64,000 nt of DNA from an uncultured Acidobacteriota bacterium (GCA_963836075.1 CAWIIB010000009.1:2048001-2112000); one strand, 5' to 3'. Positions 20,493-30,546 are shown, counted from the first letter of the stretch. The notes: a model not told the origin generated them from the sequence alone. Program-made: numbers and translations.

Positions 20493-22243
20493 GTCAGGAA
20501 CTGCCGGTCCTGGTGGAGTAGTTCCCCGCCCAGCCCGGTCTCCAGCAGACGGCGGATCAGCGCTTCGCCCTCCGGCGTGTAGCAGACCCGGGCCAGGGTG
20601 GCGAAGCGGATCCGGTTGCCGTGGAAGGTCGCTCGGACCTGGTGCAGAGGTGGGGGAGTCGACCGCTCCGGGCAATGATCGGCGAGGAAAATCAGGGTGG
20701 GATCGGTGATCGCCCCGGGCACCTGGCTCCCGATCATCCGCGAGTGGTGTCCCCCCACCATCCTCATCCCGTGGAAGGTCTGGTAGTAGAGGGTTTCATA
20801 GCGGCTGGTCCCCAGCCAGAAATCACCGCCCGATGCCCAGTAGGGCAGTTCGATCAGCGCGCCGTCCAGGGCCTCGTCCGCGGCGGCCTCACGAACCGCG
20901 CCCCCGGCCAGGTAGGGCGCGGGCACCGGCGGCGGATCGCAGATGTTCAGCGGCGCTTTCCAGAACTCCAGCCAGGTCACCAGTGCCAGAACCACGCAGA
21001 GCGCCGGTTTCCAGCAGCGGGCCGGCCTGCCGGGTGCGGGGGCCTCTCCGAAGAGCGCCCGGCAGAGAAATGCCGCCAGGATGGCCAGGGCCAGGGCCAG
21101 AGGGATGCAGAAACGGTAGAGGGCCCGGATGGCGCTCAGACCGGGCAGCTGTTGCAGGAGGAGAATCCCGGGATCCGTGCCCAGGGTCAGCCAGGCCAGA
21201 AGCGCCGCCATCAGGCTCCAGTAGCGCACCGCAAAGCCGGGATGCCCGCGGATCAGCAGGACCATCCAGCCGGCAACGATGAGCAGGCCTGGCGCGTAGC
21301 CGAACATCGGCCCGCATCGCGGCAGTGTCCGGTCGAAAATGCCGGCCAGCGGTCCCAGCGGGCCGCCGGCTTTCCAGTGCCGCCACCAGCGGTTGCGGGA
21401 CTGGTTGAAGAGCAGCCGTTGCGGGCCGATGGACAGCTCGCGCATCTGGGCCGGCCCGGGCGTAACCATCGTTCCCTGGCCGCTGCGGGCCATCTCCAGG
21501 GCCATGGGCGCCGAGAGGAGCAGGAAGAGGGCCAGGCCGGCAACGGCTCCCCGGGCCGGCGAACGCCGCACGGTCCCCGGACCTCGGCGCCGCAGCTCGG
21601 CGGACAGGATCATCAGGGCCAGCAGCGCGGTGAAGACGAACTGCTGGAACCCGGTGTAGAAGATCGCGGTGAGGCAGAGGGCCGCGGGCAGTGCCCGGCC
21701 CGGTCCGGGGGCCCGCAGGAAGCGGACCAGCAGCCAGAGGAACAGCGGCATCCACTGGATGCTCCAGAGATTCATCTGGCCGTGAAAGATCGCCGTCCAG
21801 AGCGGGGGGGAGAAGACAAAGATCACGGCGCCCAGCAGGGCTCCGGGCGCAAAGCCGCTCATCGTCCGCAGCAGGAGGAAGGTGAAGTACCCGGCAAGGA
21901 AGGTGGAGAGCAGCAGCAGGAGGTTGTAGACCAGGATCAGGTCGGTGGACGGCCCGGACAGCAGGCCGAACAGGCCGTTGGAGGTGCAGAGGGTGTGGAA
22001 GGCAAGGTTGCACCCTTGGGGGTAGAAGAGGAAATCGGTCCGCAGTGGCGACTGGTGGAGATGGAACAGTGTGTGCCGGACCCACCAGAGGTCCCAGAGG
22101 AAAATGTATTTGTCCCCGCGCCCGCCAACGGTCTTGCTGCCCAGCTGCCAGGTCAGCGGGTGGTAGGCGAGGAGTGTCAGGACGAGCAGCAGTCCGGCGG
22201 GGAGCAGGTGACGCAGGGCCCCGGGCATCCGTTGATTTGCCAC
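20423..22243 (-). CDS. Polytopic membrane protein, GT-C/YfhO-like glycosyltransferase candidate
   Basis: GDKYIFLWDLWW..FYPQG, many TM segments, IELP..YYQTFHG..VGG C-terminal motif; GGAGG RBS. Confidence 0.65.
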   Translation of the reverse strand: MANQRMPGALRHLLPAGLLLVLTLLAYHPLTWQLGSKTVGGRGDKYIFLWDLWWVRHTLFHLHQSPLRTDFLFYPQGCNLAFHTLCTSNGLFGLLSGPSTDLILVYNLLLLLSTFLAGYFTFLLLRTMSGFAPGALLGAVIFVFSPPLWTAIFHGQMNLWSIQWMPLFLWLLVRFLRAPGPGRALPAALCLTAIFYTGFQQFVFTALLALMILSAELRRRGPGTVRRSPARGAVAGLALFLLLSAPMALEMARSGQGTMVTPGPAQMRELSIGPQRLLFNQSRNRWWRHWKAGGPLGPLAGIFDRTLPRCGPMFGYAPGLLIVAGWMVLLIRGHPGFAVRYWSLMAALLAWLTLGTDPGILLLQQLPGLSAIRALYRFCIPLALALAILAAFLCRALFGEAPAPGRPARCWKPALCVVLALVTWLEFWKAPLNICDPPPVPAPYLAGGAVREAAADEALDGALIELPYWASGGDFWLGTSRYETLYYQTFHGMRMVGGHHSRMIGSQVPGAITDPTLIFLADHCPERSTPPPLHQVRATFHGNRIRFATLARVCYTPEGEALIRRLLETGLGGELLHQDRQFLTYGFAAGPEAPVVSPATIRASAR

Positions 22244-22347
22244 GATCGGCCTCCAGCGGTAGGACGGACAACGGTGGACGTGGCCGTTCCGTATTCCGGG
22301 CGGGGAACGGCCGGTGCAGGGGAGTGGATTGTCCATGAAAAGGCGGA

Positions 22348-23913
22348 TCAGCCGCTGGCGGGCGATTGCTCGGCCAGCAGGGCCAGGGGGAAGGGGTCGG
22401 ACTGGTACCGGGCTTCGAGGTCGGGGAGGAAGCGTGCCAGGTCGGTGACGTGGACCGGAGTGTCCCCCGGCAGTCCGGTGGCGGTCAGCGTACCGGCGAT
22501 ACGGACCAGTTCAGCACGAACCATCCGGGTGAAGGTGTCGGCGCTGAAGCTCTCTTCGGGCACGTCCTTGAACTCGAAGTATTCCCGCACGTTGTGCGGC
22601 GTCTTGAGGATCAGCTCCGGGTCCCGGCGGCTGTTTTCCTCCAGGCGGCCGCGCACCGCGGCTTCGTAGTACATCGGGGAGAGGTCCTCGTGACCCAGTT
22701 CCACCCCCTTCTCGTATGGCTGGTGGGGGAAGAAATCAACCGTGCCGTCCTCGGTGACCGAGATGAAGAAGATGCAGCCCCGGGAGAGGGCCCGGGAGGC
22801 GCGGAAGTCATCCAGCAGGATACGGCCGTATTCCTTGTCCTCGCCGGTGGTGGAAGTGTCGTCTTCGGCGGCCGCGGGCTCATCCGCCACCGGTCCGCCG
22901 GCCAGGTCCCCGTCCTGGTAGACCACCCGGAATTTCTCGCAGCGTGAGGCCCTTCGGGGCGGACTGGGGCGGTGGGCGAGGAATGGCAGGTCCACCGACA
23001 CGGTGGTTCCCTCTCTCAGCTCGCTCTCGATGCCCAGTGTCCCGTTGAAGTCCCGGATCGTCTGCCGGACAAAGACGAACCCCAGGGAGTGCAGTTCGCC
23101 GTCCAGCGAGTCGGGGTCGCTGAGCAGCTGTTCCCGCTTCACGCCGGTCATCCCGCCGCCGTTGTCGCGAACGGTGAGCCGCACCCGTTCCGGCCCGTGA
23201 CGGACCACGCTGATCCGCAGTTCCCCCACCGGCTGCCGGGACATGGCGTCCACCGCGTTCATCACCAGGTTGAACAGCATCCGGCGAAAACGGTGCCGGT
23301 TGCCGGAGACCACCGCCGAATCCACCTGGTCGAAATAGATGTCCACCCGGGAGCTGCTCTTCTCGGTGACGTAGCCCCGGATGACGTTGCGGGTGAAGTC
23401 CTCCACGTCGTGTCCCAGGTCGAACTCCTCGGACGTGCCGTCGAGGCTGCCTTCCTCGAGGAAGTGCTCGATGCGGTAGAAGACCCCGCAGATCCAGCGC
23501 AGGCAGTTGCGGTAGTGGTTCACTGACTTGAAGGAGCGGGAGTCGCGGGGCAGGAAGGACATCACCTTCTCGAAGCGGCCCCAGAGCGGGTTGATGATCA
23601 GCTGGCAGATATCCTGAATGGTGCCGATGTATTCCCGCCCGGCGGAGATGATGGTCTCCGGCGGCGAGAAATGCCGCACCGCGCTGGAATAGACCTGCAG
23701 GGCTCGCCGCTGGGCCTGGGCCTTGGTCTTCAGTTCATGCAGGTCCTCGCCGTGGATCTGGGCCACCTGCTCCACGTCGTAGATCTCCAGGTCGGTGTTC
23801 AACGTGACGTGAAAGTGGATGACGTCATTGATGAATTTTTCCACCCGCAGGTCGTGGATCAGGAACTTCAGCTCCGCCACATCCTTTTTCAGGCCGCTTT
23901 GAAAATCGGCCAT
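22348..23913 (-). CDS. Soluble HATPase_c (histidine kinase-like ATPase) domain protein
   Basis: LFNLVMNAVDAM (N box), VRDNGGGM (G1), GTTVSVDLP; G2 box degenerate. Confidence 0.75.
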   Translation of the reverse strand: MADFQSGLKKDVAELKFLIHDLRVEKFINDVIHFHVTLNTDLEIYDVEQVAQIHGEDLHELKTKAQAQRRALQVYSSAVRHFSPPETIISAGREYIGTIQDICQLIINPLWGRFEKVMSFLPRDSRSFKSVNHYRNCLRWICGVFYRIEHFLEEGSLDGTSEEFDLGHDVEDFTRNVIRGYVTEKSSSRVDIYFDQVDSAVVSGNRHRFRRMLFNLVMNAVDAMSRQPVGELRISVVRHGPERVRLTVRDNGGGMTGVKREQLLSDPDSLDGELHSLGFVFVRQTIRDFNGTLGIESELREGTTVSVDLPFLAHRPSPPRRASRCEKFRVVYQDGDLAGGPVADEPAAAEDDTSTTGEDKEYGRILLDDFRASRALSRGCIFFISVTEDGTVDFFPHQPYEKGVELGHEDLSPMYYEAAVRGRLEENSRRDPELILKTPHNVREYFEFKDVPEESFSADTFTRMVRAELVRIAGTLTATGLPGDTPVHVTDLARFLPDLEARYQSDPFPLALLAEQSPASG

Positions 23914-24021
23914 CGATCACCTCCGCCAGACTGTTTTGATGGTGCCACTATAGGCCATCCTCCGGGGAGCAGGCAATGCGGCGGGCCCTGTCCCCGGGCC
24001 CGCCGCCGCGGGTCAGCGGTA

Positions 24022-26373
24022 TCAGAACCGGCCGGCGGCCACGCTGCTGCCGTGGGTCACCGTGCTGTCGAAGGCGTCGAGGGTGAAGAGCAGTGCGGGG
24101 GTACCCCCGTCGAACCCGTAGACCCGCACCGGCGTGCCGGCCGCGGGGTCCGGGCCGGCGGCCACCACCAGGTCGGCCAGCCCGTCGCCGTCCAGGTCCT
24201 CGGCCGCATCGACCATGGCGCCGTAGCGCAGTTCCTCGGCGGGCCAGGCGAAGAAGTTGATCCCGGCCATCTCGGTGAGGGCCGTGCCGTCGAAGTTCCA
24301 GCCGCGGACATGGGCCGCGAACTGGGACGACGGCCCGGGGGCGGTGACCAGTTCGGCCATGCCGTCGCCGTCGATGTCGCCGCAGGTCACCCGCACACCG
24401 TAGTGGTTGGTGCCGTAGGCCAGGAAGCTGAGCGCGGACATGGCCTGGACCGTGCCGCTGTCCACCGACCAGCCCCTGACGTGGGGGCCGTAGATGGCGC
24501 CCGGCCCGGCGCCGGTGATGATCTCGTCGCGGCCGTTGCCGTTGAGGTCGCCGGCGGTGACGTTGACGCCCCACTTGGGCGAGCCGTAGGCGAAGTAGTT
24601 CACCCCGGAAACCGGGGTGACCGTGGACACGCCGTCGTAGCTGAAGGCTCTGACGTGCGGGCCGAAAACCGCCCCCGGACCGGCGCCGGTGACGATCTCG
24701 TCGGTGCCGTCACCGTCCAGGTCGGCGGTGGTCACGTTGACGCCGTATTTCAGGGTGCCGTAGGCGATGAAACTGAGGCCGGGCAGGGGAGTGCCGCCGG
24801 CCGTGAAGCCGCGGACGTGGGGCCCGTATATCGCCCCCGGCCCGGCGCCGGTAATGATCTCGTCCAGCTGGTCGCCGGAGACGTTGCCTGCGGCAACGTT
24901 GACCCCGTATCCCGTGGCGCCGTACGCATTCCACTCGGCCAGCGGCGCGGCATCCTGCTCCGGCGGAAAGACGCGCACCAGTGGCGGGTTGTCCGGGCCG
25001 GCTCCGGGACCGGAGAGCAGCCTGGGTTCGCCGCTGTCCAGCGGCACGGCCAGATCGGCAGCGGCGGCCAGGCCGGCCCGAGCCACGTTGGCCGCATAGT
25101 CCATGTCGAGGATGTCCGGCAGGTCGTTGGTGGTGTGGTACACCGGGTTGAAGTCGGCGGTCCAGGGTTCGGCCTCACAGCCGAAGATCGCCGGGAATCC
25201 CCGGGCCCAGAAGGCGGCGTGGTCGCTGGCGCCCATACCCGAGTCGTTGATCACCACCGGTTCCAGGTCATCGGGGAAGTAGTAGAGCGCCGCGTCGCGC
25301 AGCTGTTCGGCCACGACCATGGAATCGGTGTTGGTGTAGATGATCAGGTCGGGGGGCAGCGGGTCAGATCCCGAAAAGGCGATCATGTCGAAGTTGAAGC
25401 AGCCGATCACGTCCATGCCCGATGCTTCCACGTCGGCGGTGTAGGCGTAGCTGCCGTACAGCCCCTGCTCCTCGCCGGCGAAACAGGCAAGGATGATCGT
25501 CCTCTCGAAGGAGTAGCCCGAGAGCACCCGGGCCGCCTCGATCACCGCCGAACTGCCGCTGCCGTTGTCGTCGGCCCCGGGGGCGGCGTTGTAGGGGTCA
25601 TTGGAGGTGCTGTCGTAGTGGGCGGTGATGAACAGCACCTCGTTGGGATAGACCTGGCCGGGGATGGTGGCGATGATGTTCTCCCGGGTCAGGGAGGAGA
25701 TGCTGAACTCATCGCGCTCCACATCCAGGCCGAAGCTGGTCAGCTGGCCATGGATCCAGTCGGCGGCGTCGACGATCTCGTCCGAATAGGTGTAGCGGGT
25801 GCCGAAGTCCACCAGCGACTGCAGCGTGGCCGCATAGGTGGTTTCATTCAGCTGGGCCACCATCTGGTCGATCGCTCCACCAAACTGTGGTGCCGGCAGC
25901 GGGGCCGCCTCCTGCCGGTCCGTGCGCAGCGGGTGGGCGGTTTCCGGAATTCTGGCGATCTCCCATCCCCCCAGGGGCAGGCGCTCCGCTTCCTCCGGGG
26001 CGGCCCGGACCAGCAGTCTGTTGCCGTCGCGGAAGAGGATCTCCACGTCCGCCTCCTCTTCCGGCAGGGCGTCCTTTCGGCCGGGGTGATACGCCCAGTA
26101 CAGGGCCTCCCCGTCATGCCAGGGGCTGCGGTCCAGAACGGTGGCGGACCGCAGGCCGGGATCGGCCAGCTGCGCGGCATCCACCGTGGCGATCACCAGC
26201 CGTTGGGACTGCTGGTGGACCGGGGCGCCGCTGCCGGCCAGCAGGTCCAGCGCCGGCTGGTCGCCGGCCCGCACCAGCACCAGCACCTGCCCGCGGTCAG
26301 CATCGGCCATGGCGCCGGTGGCCAGCAGTGAAAAAGCGAACAGGGCAATGATCCATCGGGTCGGGCTGCGCAT
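24022..26373 (-). CDS. Secreted M28 family peptidase with C-terminal FG-GAP-like repeat module
   Basis: AHYDS, PGADDNGSG, FAGEEQGLYGS, NFDMI, SDHAAF, YHTTND; signal peptide. Confidence 0.9.
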   Translation of the reverse strand: MRSPTRWIIALFAFSLLATGAMADADRGQVLVLVRAGDQPALDLLAGSGAPVHQQSQRLVIATVDAAQLADPGLRSATVLDRSPWHDGEALYWAYHPGRKDALPEEEADVEILFRDGNRLLVRAAPEEAERLPLGGWEIARIPETAHPLRTDRQEAAPLPAPQFGGAIDQMVAQLNETTYAATLQSLVDFGTRYTYSDEIVDAADWIHGQLTSFGLDVERDEFSISSLTRENIIATIPGQVYPNEVLFITAHYDSTSNDPYNAAPGADDNGSGSSAVIEAARVLSGYSFERTIILACFAGEEQGLYGSYAYTADVEASGMDVIGCFNFDMIAFSGSDPLPPDLIIYTNTDSMVVAEQLRDAALYYFPDDLEPVVINDSGMGASDHAAFWARGFPAIFGCEAEPWTADFNPVYHTTNDLPDILDMDYAANVARAGLAAAADLAVPLDSGEPRLLSGPGAGPDNPPLVRVFPPEQDAAPLAEWNAYGATGYGVNVAAGNVSGDQLDEIITGAGPGAIYGPHVRGFTAGGTPLPGLSFIAYGTLKYGVNVTTADLDGDGTDEIVTGAGPGAVFGPHVRAFSYDGVSTVTPVSGVNYFAYGSPKWGVNVTAGDLNGNGRDEIITGAGPGAIYGPHVRGWSVDSGTVQAMSALSFLAYGTNHYGVRVTCGDIDGDGMAELVTAPGPSSQFAAHVRGWNFDGTALTEMAGINFFAWPAEELRYGAMVDAAEDLDGDGLADLVVAAGPDPAAGTPVRVYGFDGGTPALLFTLDAFDSTVTHGSSVAAGRF

Positions 26374-26611
26374 CGAACAGGTCTCCTCGGTATTGGCATC
26401 GGCCGGGGGCGGCTGGCTTCCGGCAAGCATGCGGGGTGCTGGGGCGGGGTGCATCGTGGGTCCGGTCGGTGAACAGATGAAACGACCCTCCGGCGTTGCC
26501 CCGTCCGGGACAATGCACCACGATCCAGAGGACGCTTCAACCGGGAAATCCCCCTTGATCACCCGCAATCATAGTAGATCAGGCTGACGGGGGACGCAAC
26601 TGCCGGTGGTG

Positions 26612-26728
26612 TCAATGGGAGACCAGGGAGGGGGCCAGCAGCAGAAGAAAAAAGGAGATGGTGAGCAGGACCAGGACGATTTCGCCGGGTGAGGCCAACG
26701 GTGCCCGGTTTTCGGTGATTTTGTTCAT
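26612..26728 (-). CDS. 38-aa single-pass membrane peptide (not in the ORF track)
   Basis: GAGGGAGG RBS then MNKITENRAPLASPGEIVLVLLTISFFLLLLAPSLVSH-stop. Confidence 0.5.
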   Translation of the reverse strand: MNKITENRAPLASPGEIVLVLLTISFFLLLLAPSLVSH

Positions 26729-26788
26729 ATCGGTTCCTCCCTCATTGATGTTCGGTATATAAAACGTGCAATGAGGCTGGAAAGTTCC

Positions 26789-26818
26789 TTGACACTCCTC
26801 GCCGGGCTGACGGATAAT
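26789..26818 (+). promoter_or_regulatory. Sigma70-type promoter
   Basis: TTGACA-N18-GATAAT about 50 nt upstream of the 26868 start. Confidence 0.6.
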
Positions 26819-26867
26819 CCGCGCACCCCAGTCAATACCATGGTTTTACCAGGAGGCACGGTTCCAA

Positions 26868-28235
26868 ATGGCTTCGGAGGAAAAGAAGGGCCTGCAGGAA
26901 AAAATCTTCCGCCATCTCAACACCCGGGTCAGCGAGGCAGCCAGGGGGGTGCGGGAGTCATCGAAAAAGCTCTTCCGGCAACTGGAGGAGCTCCCGGACG
27001 AGCTCGGCCGCCGGATCGAAGAGGGGGCGGCCGAGGCTGCCGGGGCCATGATGGAGGAGTTGTCCAGGGCCCGGGCCGAAGGCACCAGGGCGGCTGAGCG
27101 CAGTTCCGGCCTGGCCCGGGCTGTCTGCTCCATCCTGGAACAGAAGCAACAGCTCTCGGTGCTGGAAGCGCTGCTGGAAGGGGCTCTCCGCTTCACCGAC
27201 GGCGCCGTCATCTTCGTGCTCAAGGACGAGAACATCGGCGGCTGGCGTTCCGGTGGCCGTATCGAGGGGCAGCGAGCCAAGGCCCTTCATTTTCCGTTCG
27301 TGGCCGGCAACAGCGTGGTCAGTTCGCTGCGCCGGAGGGATGTGGTCTGTGTGACCGGTGAACTCTCCGGGGCGGACAGAGCGCTGTTCGAAGATCTCGG
27401 CGCCGGCCAGCCTGCCGGGTTCATCGCCGTTCCGCTGTTGATCCGTGAAAAGGCCCAGGCAGTTCTGCTGGGAGCCAATTTCTCTGATGCCGGCGCTGCG
27501 CCGGGTCAGGTGGAACTGGAAGCGTACAAGGCGCTGGCCGCTGCCGCCATATCGGTGATCAAGAATATCCAGGGCCGGCCCCGGCGGGAGCCCCGGGTCA
27601 GCTCTCCGGCTGGTCCGCCCCACCGCGACTATCTGGATCCCAAACCGGCCCCGCCGGTCCCGCCTGCTCCCGTGGAGCCTCCGGTCAAGAAAGCCGAGCC
27701 TCCCCTTCCGCCGCTGGAAGAGCGGCCGCGAAAAATAGTCCAGCCCGCACCGGTGCCCCCCGTCTCCACGGAAGGGACGAAAGCCGGAACCCGTCCCGTC
27801 CGGGAACCGGAGTCCGCGCCTCTCCCGAAAACAACGGGCAAGCCACGTTCGCCGTGGTTCACACCCACCACCAGGAACTCCACCTTCGGATCGAAGGCCG
27901 TCACCGCCGAGCCGTCAACGGGGCCGGTGCGGCGCAGTTCCAGGACGGAAGATTCCGGGGAGAAACCGCTGAGCGTGGAAGAGCAGGAGTTGCACGACGA
28001 CGCCAGGCGCTTCGCCCGCTTGCTGGTTTCGGAGATCAAACTCTACAACGAGGCCAAGGTAGCCACGGGCCGGCAGGAGAAGGACCTCTACCAGCGGTTG
28101 CGTTCCGACATCGAGAGAAGCCGGCAGATGTACAACGAGCGGGTCCCCCCCTCCATCGCGGCCAAGACGAACTATTTCATGGATGAACTGGTGTCTATTC
28201 TTGCCGAGGGTGATCGGGCGACCCTGGGGATGTAG
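26868..28235 (+). CDS. Coiled-coil / GAF-like / Pro-rich protein with C-terminal ARRFARLLVSEIKLYN domain
   Basis: AGGAGG RBS; GAF-like FIAVPLLIREKAQAVL; Pro-rich linker; helical C-terminal domain. Confidence 0.8.
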   Translation: MASEEKKGLQEKIFRHLNTRVSEAARGVRESSKKLFRQLEELPDELGRRIEEGAAEAAGAMMEELSRARAEGTRAAERSSGLARAVCSILEQKQQLSVLEALLEGALRFTDGAVIFVLKDENIGGWRSGGRIEGQRAKALHFPFVAGNSVVSSLRRRDVVCVTGELSGADRALFEDLGAGQPAGFIAVPLLIREKAQAVLLGANFSDAGAAPGQVELEAYKALAAAAISVIKNIQGRPRREPRVSSPAGPPHRDYLDPKPAPPVPPAPVEPPVKKAEPPLPPLEERPRKIVQPAPVPPVSTEGTKAGTRPVREPESAPLPKTTGKPRSPWFTPTTRNSTFGSKAVTAEPSTGPVRRSSRTEDSGEKPLSVEEQELHDDARRFARLLVSEIKLYNEAKVATGRQEKDLYQRLRSDIERSRQMYNERVPPSIAAKTNYFMDELVSILAEGDRATLGM

Positions 28236-29244
28236 ACCGGGCTGCCTGCTCCAGCAGTTCCAAGGGGATCACCGTTTCCAGCCGTACCGCCGGTCCTGCG
28301 GCCGACACCACCACTTTATCCAGTGTTTCCGCCACCAGACCCAGGGTCTCGTCGCCGCTGTCCGCCTTCTCGAACCATTGCGGGTTGGCCTGGATCAGCC
28401 CGGCGGCCAGTTTGATCCAGCCGTTGAGCTGGTTGGCCAGGCTGGCGGCCTCTTCGGCGGAGGGCAGCAGGGTGGTGCAGGTCAACTGGAGGTCTGGCGC
28501 AACATGGGCTGCCAGGCCCAGGTTCGCCAGGGTGGGAAGCATGCCCTGGACCGGAAGCCTCTCCTCCAGACCGGAGGTGGCACCTTCCGGCAGGAGCCCC
28601 GCGGCCCAGAGCGGGGTGGTGCGGTCAAGTTCGGCCAGCAACGGGCCGAAGCCGGGGTGCTGGTTCAGACTCTCCCCGCCGTCCAGGCGCCGGTCGATCA
28701 TGGCTGCGGCGCCCTCGCGGGTGCCGGCGAGGCCGATGGCGGTGCCGTCGAAGTAGACACCATACCACCGGTAGTGGACCGGGGCTCCAGGTCCGACGCT
28801 CTCCGGCGCCGGGGGGATGATCAGGGTGTGTTCCCTGTGTGTTGCCGAAGAAAAGCCTCTTTTCTCCAGCTGGGGCAGCAGCGTCTCCCGGTTGAATTTT
28901 CCGGTGAACACCGCCGAGAACTCTCCCGCAATACCGCCCTCCGGATAGAGCCCGGCCAGCAGCCGGCCCAGATCCTGGTCCGGGTCGATGCCGGCATCCT
29001 CCAGAAACAGGTCCAGGTCCACCAGGGCGTCGGGCGCACCGAGCCAGATGCCCTGCAGTTCCTGCCAGGTTTCGGAATTCCGCAGTGCCGGGATGTCGGC
29101 CGACATCACCCAGGCCGGTTCCCCGGGCAGCAGGGTGGTGAGGTCCAGCTGGTCGACGGGCGGGCCGCTGCAGCCGGCCAGGGCCGCCAGACAGACCACC
29201 AGTGTGCAGAGCGCATACCGGTGGTCTGTGAGCGTTTTTTTCAC
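28195..29244 (-). CDS. Hypothetical lipoprotein
   Basis: Lipobox LAGC; high-GC codon pattern; 2 nt from the upstream gene. Confidence 0.75.
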   Translation of the reverse strand: MKKTLTDHRYALCTLVVCLAALAGCSGPPVDQLDLTTLLPGEPAWVMSADIPALRNSETWQELQGIWLGAPDALVDLDLFLEDAGIDPDQDLGRLLAGLYPEGGIAGEFSAVFTGKFNRETLLPQLEKRGFSSATHREHTLIIPPAPESVGPGAPVHYRWYGVYFDGTAIGLAGTREGAAAMIDRRLDGGESLNQHPGFGPLLAELDRTTPLWAAGLLPEGATSGLEERLPVQGMLPTLANLGLAAHVAPDLQLTCTTLLPSAEEAASLANQLNGWIKLAAGLIQANPQWFEKADSGDETLGLVAETLDKVVVSAAGPAVRLETVIPLELLEQAARSTSPGSPDHPRQE

Positions 29245-29246
29245 GG

Positions 29247-30245
29247 TCAGTTGAGGTTGATCTGGATGTCCACCGAGTCGGTGGCATCGGGACCGGAGAT
29301 GGCGGTGATCTTGGCGTTGCAGGTGTTGCCCGTGATGGCGCAGTAGGAGCAGTTGCCATCGGTGAGGCCGAACTGAATTTTCACTTCGCCGTTGCTGTTG
29401 GACACGCCGTCGGTTTCAGAGATCCAGCCCACGCCCTCGAGGGAGAAGATGACCACCACCCCTTCGGAGGGGAACCCCGAGGCGTCGAGGCAGTAGGCGA
29501 TGATCTCCACATTGTCCCCGTTGTCGTCACAGGTATTGACGCTCGCCGGGTTCGCCGTCAGGTAGAGGGTGTGGGCGTAGCGGTCGTCCACCACCACCGT
29601 GGTGGATCCGCTCACGGCGTCCGCCACGCTGGCCACGATCTCAGCCGTTTCAGTTGTGGTCAGCAGGTCGTAGACCTCGCCGTTGGCATCGGTGACCAGC
29701 GGCGCGCCGCCCGAGCTGAGCGCTCCGGCCGACGTGCTCATGGAAACCGACACGTTGGGCATGGGGATGAAGTCCTCGTCGAAGACCACGGCCTTGATTT
29801 CACTCTGCCCGCCGCCGGGGGGCAGGAAAGGCGGGTCGGCGCTCACCGCCACGGAGCCGGGAGTGATGCCGATCACGATTTCCACTGTCACTCCGGCCAA
29901 TGCGCCGGAGTATGCAGTGACCAGGGCCGTGCCGCCCACGCCTTCGCTGTACAGGAAGTTGGTCACCCTGCCGTTGCTGGTGGTCAGTCTGGTGCTCTCC
30001 AGCCGGCCGAGGTCCGACACCATCTCGATCACCGTGCCGTTCACCACCGGATAGCCGTCGGTGTCGGTGACAATGGCGGTGAGTTCGGAAACACCCCCGA
30101 TGATCGATATGGTGGTGGGATTGGCGTAAAGCGTCATGGTGGCGTCCGCCGGCGCCACCGGGTCCACCAGGTCGCACTGCATCAGAACCAGGCAGGGCAG
30201 GAGGGCCAGCAGCGGCCAGGCGATCAGTGCTGATCGTTTTTTCAT
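29247..30245 (-). CDS. Exported protein with three bacterial Ig-like (Big_1/invasin-type) domains
   Basis: Signal/lipobox-like LMQC; repeated L(Y/T)ANP..I.A.V.D..G.P...T..NG motifs. Confidence 0.75.
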   Translation of the reverse strand: MKKRSALIAWPLLALLPCLVLMQCDLVDPVAPADATMTLYANPTTISIIGGVSELTAIVTDTDGYPVVNGTVIEMVSDLGRLESTRLTTSNGRVTNFLYSEGVGGTALVTAYSGALAGVTVEIVIGITPGSVAVSADPPFLPPGGGQSEIKAVVFDEDFIPMPNVSVSMSTSAGALSSGGAPLVTDANGEVYDLLTTTETAEIVASVADAVSGSTTVVVDDRYAHTLYLTANPASVNTCDDNGDNVEIIAYCLDASGFPSEGVVVIFSLEGVGWISETDGVSNSNGEVKIQFGLTDGNCSYCAITGNTCNAKITAISGPDATDSVDIQINLN

Positions 30246-30517
30246 CGTCTTCACCGTATGTGCCATCAGGACAGATATAATGTTCGAATAGACCGCTATC
30301 CCGGGCAAACGCACAGGCGACCAACCGGCCGGTGAGCACGTCTCAACCCCCTGATACGTCGGGGGGGATGCCACCGTCTACTCGGTCCCGCAGGTTGACA
30401 CAGTTCCACCCGGAACGACTGTAAACAGCTGATCGTAGCATATTTTCCGGGGAGAGTCACCAGCGGCGGCGCTGGTCCGGCACCGCTCCGCGGGGAGAAA
30501 TTCCTGTCAATCAGTGA

Positions 30518-30546
30518 TTGACCTTTGCGGGCCCATAATTTATAAT
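30518..30546 (+). promoter_or_regulatory. Sigma70 promoter
   Basis: TTGACC-N17-TATAAT in an AT-rich intergenic region. Confidence 0.75.

Noticed and set aside
23671-26331. Long antisense ORFs (886 aa here; also 563-2128, 14517-16577, 20621-22669, 31368-33332, 45871-47949)
   Set aside because: Shadow ORFs opposite well-supported genes, expected at high GC; no motifs
26440-26530. Alternative pairings (GGTGCAT/ATGCACC, ATCGTGG/CCACGAT) upstream of the M28 peptidase
   Set aside because: Stems are only 7 bp in GC-rich DNA, with no recognisable riboswitch or ribozyme core
30290-30455. c-di-GMP-I riboswitch or 6S RNA
   Set aside because: Only GGCAAAC matches; GNRA/receptor elements and a long 6S-type rod are not evident
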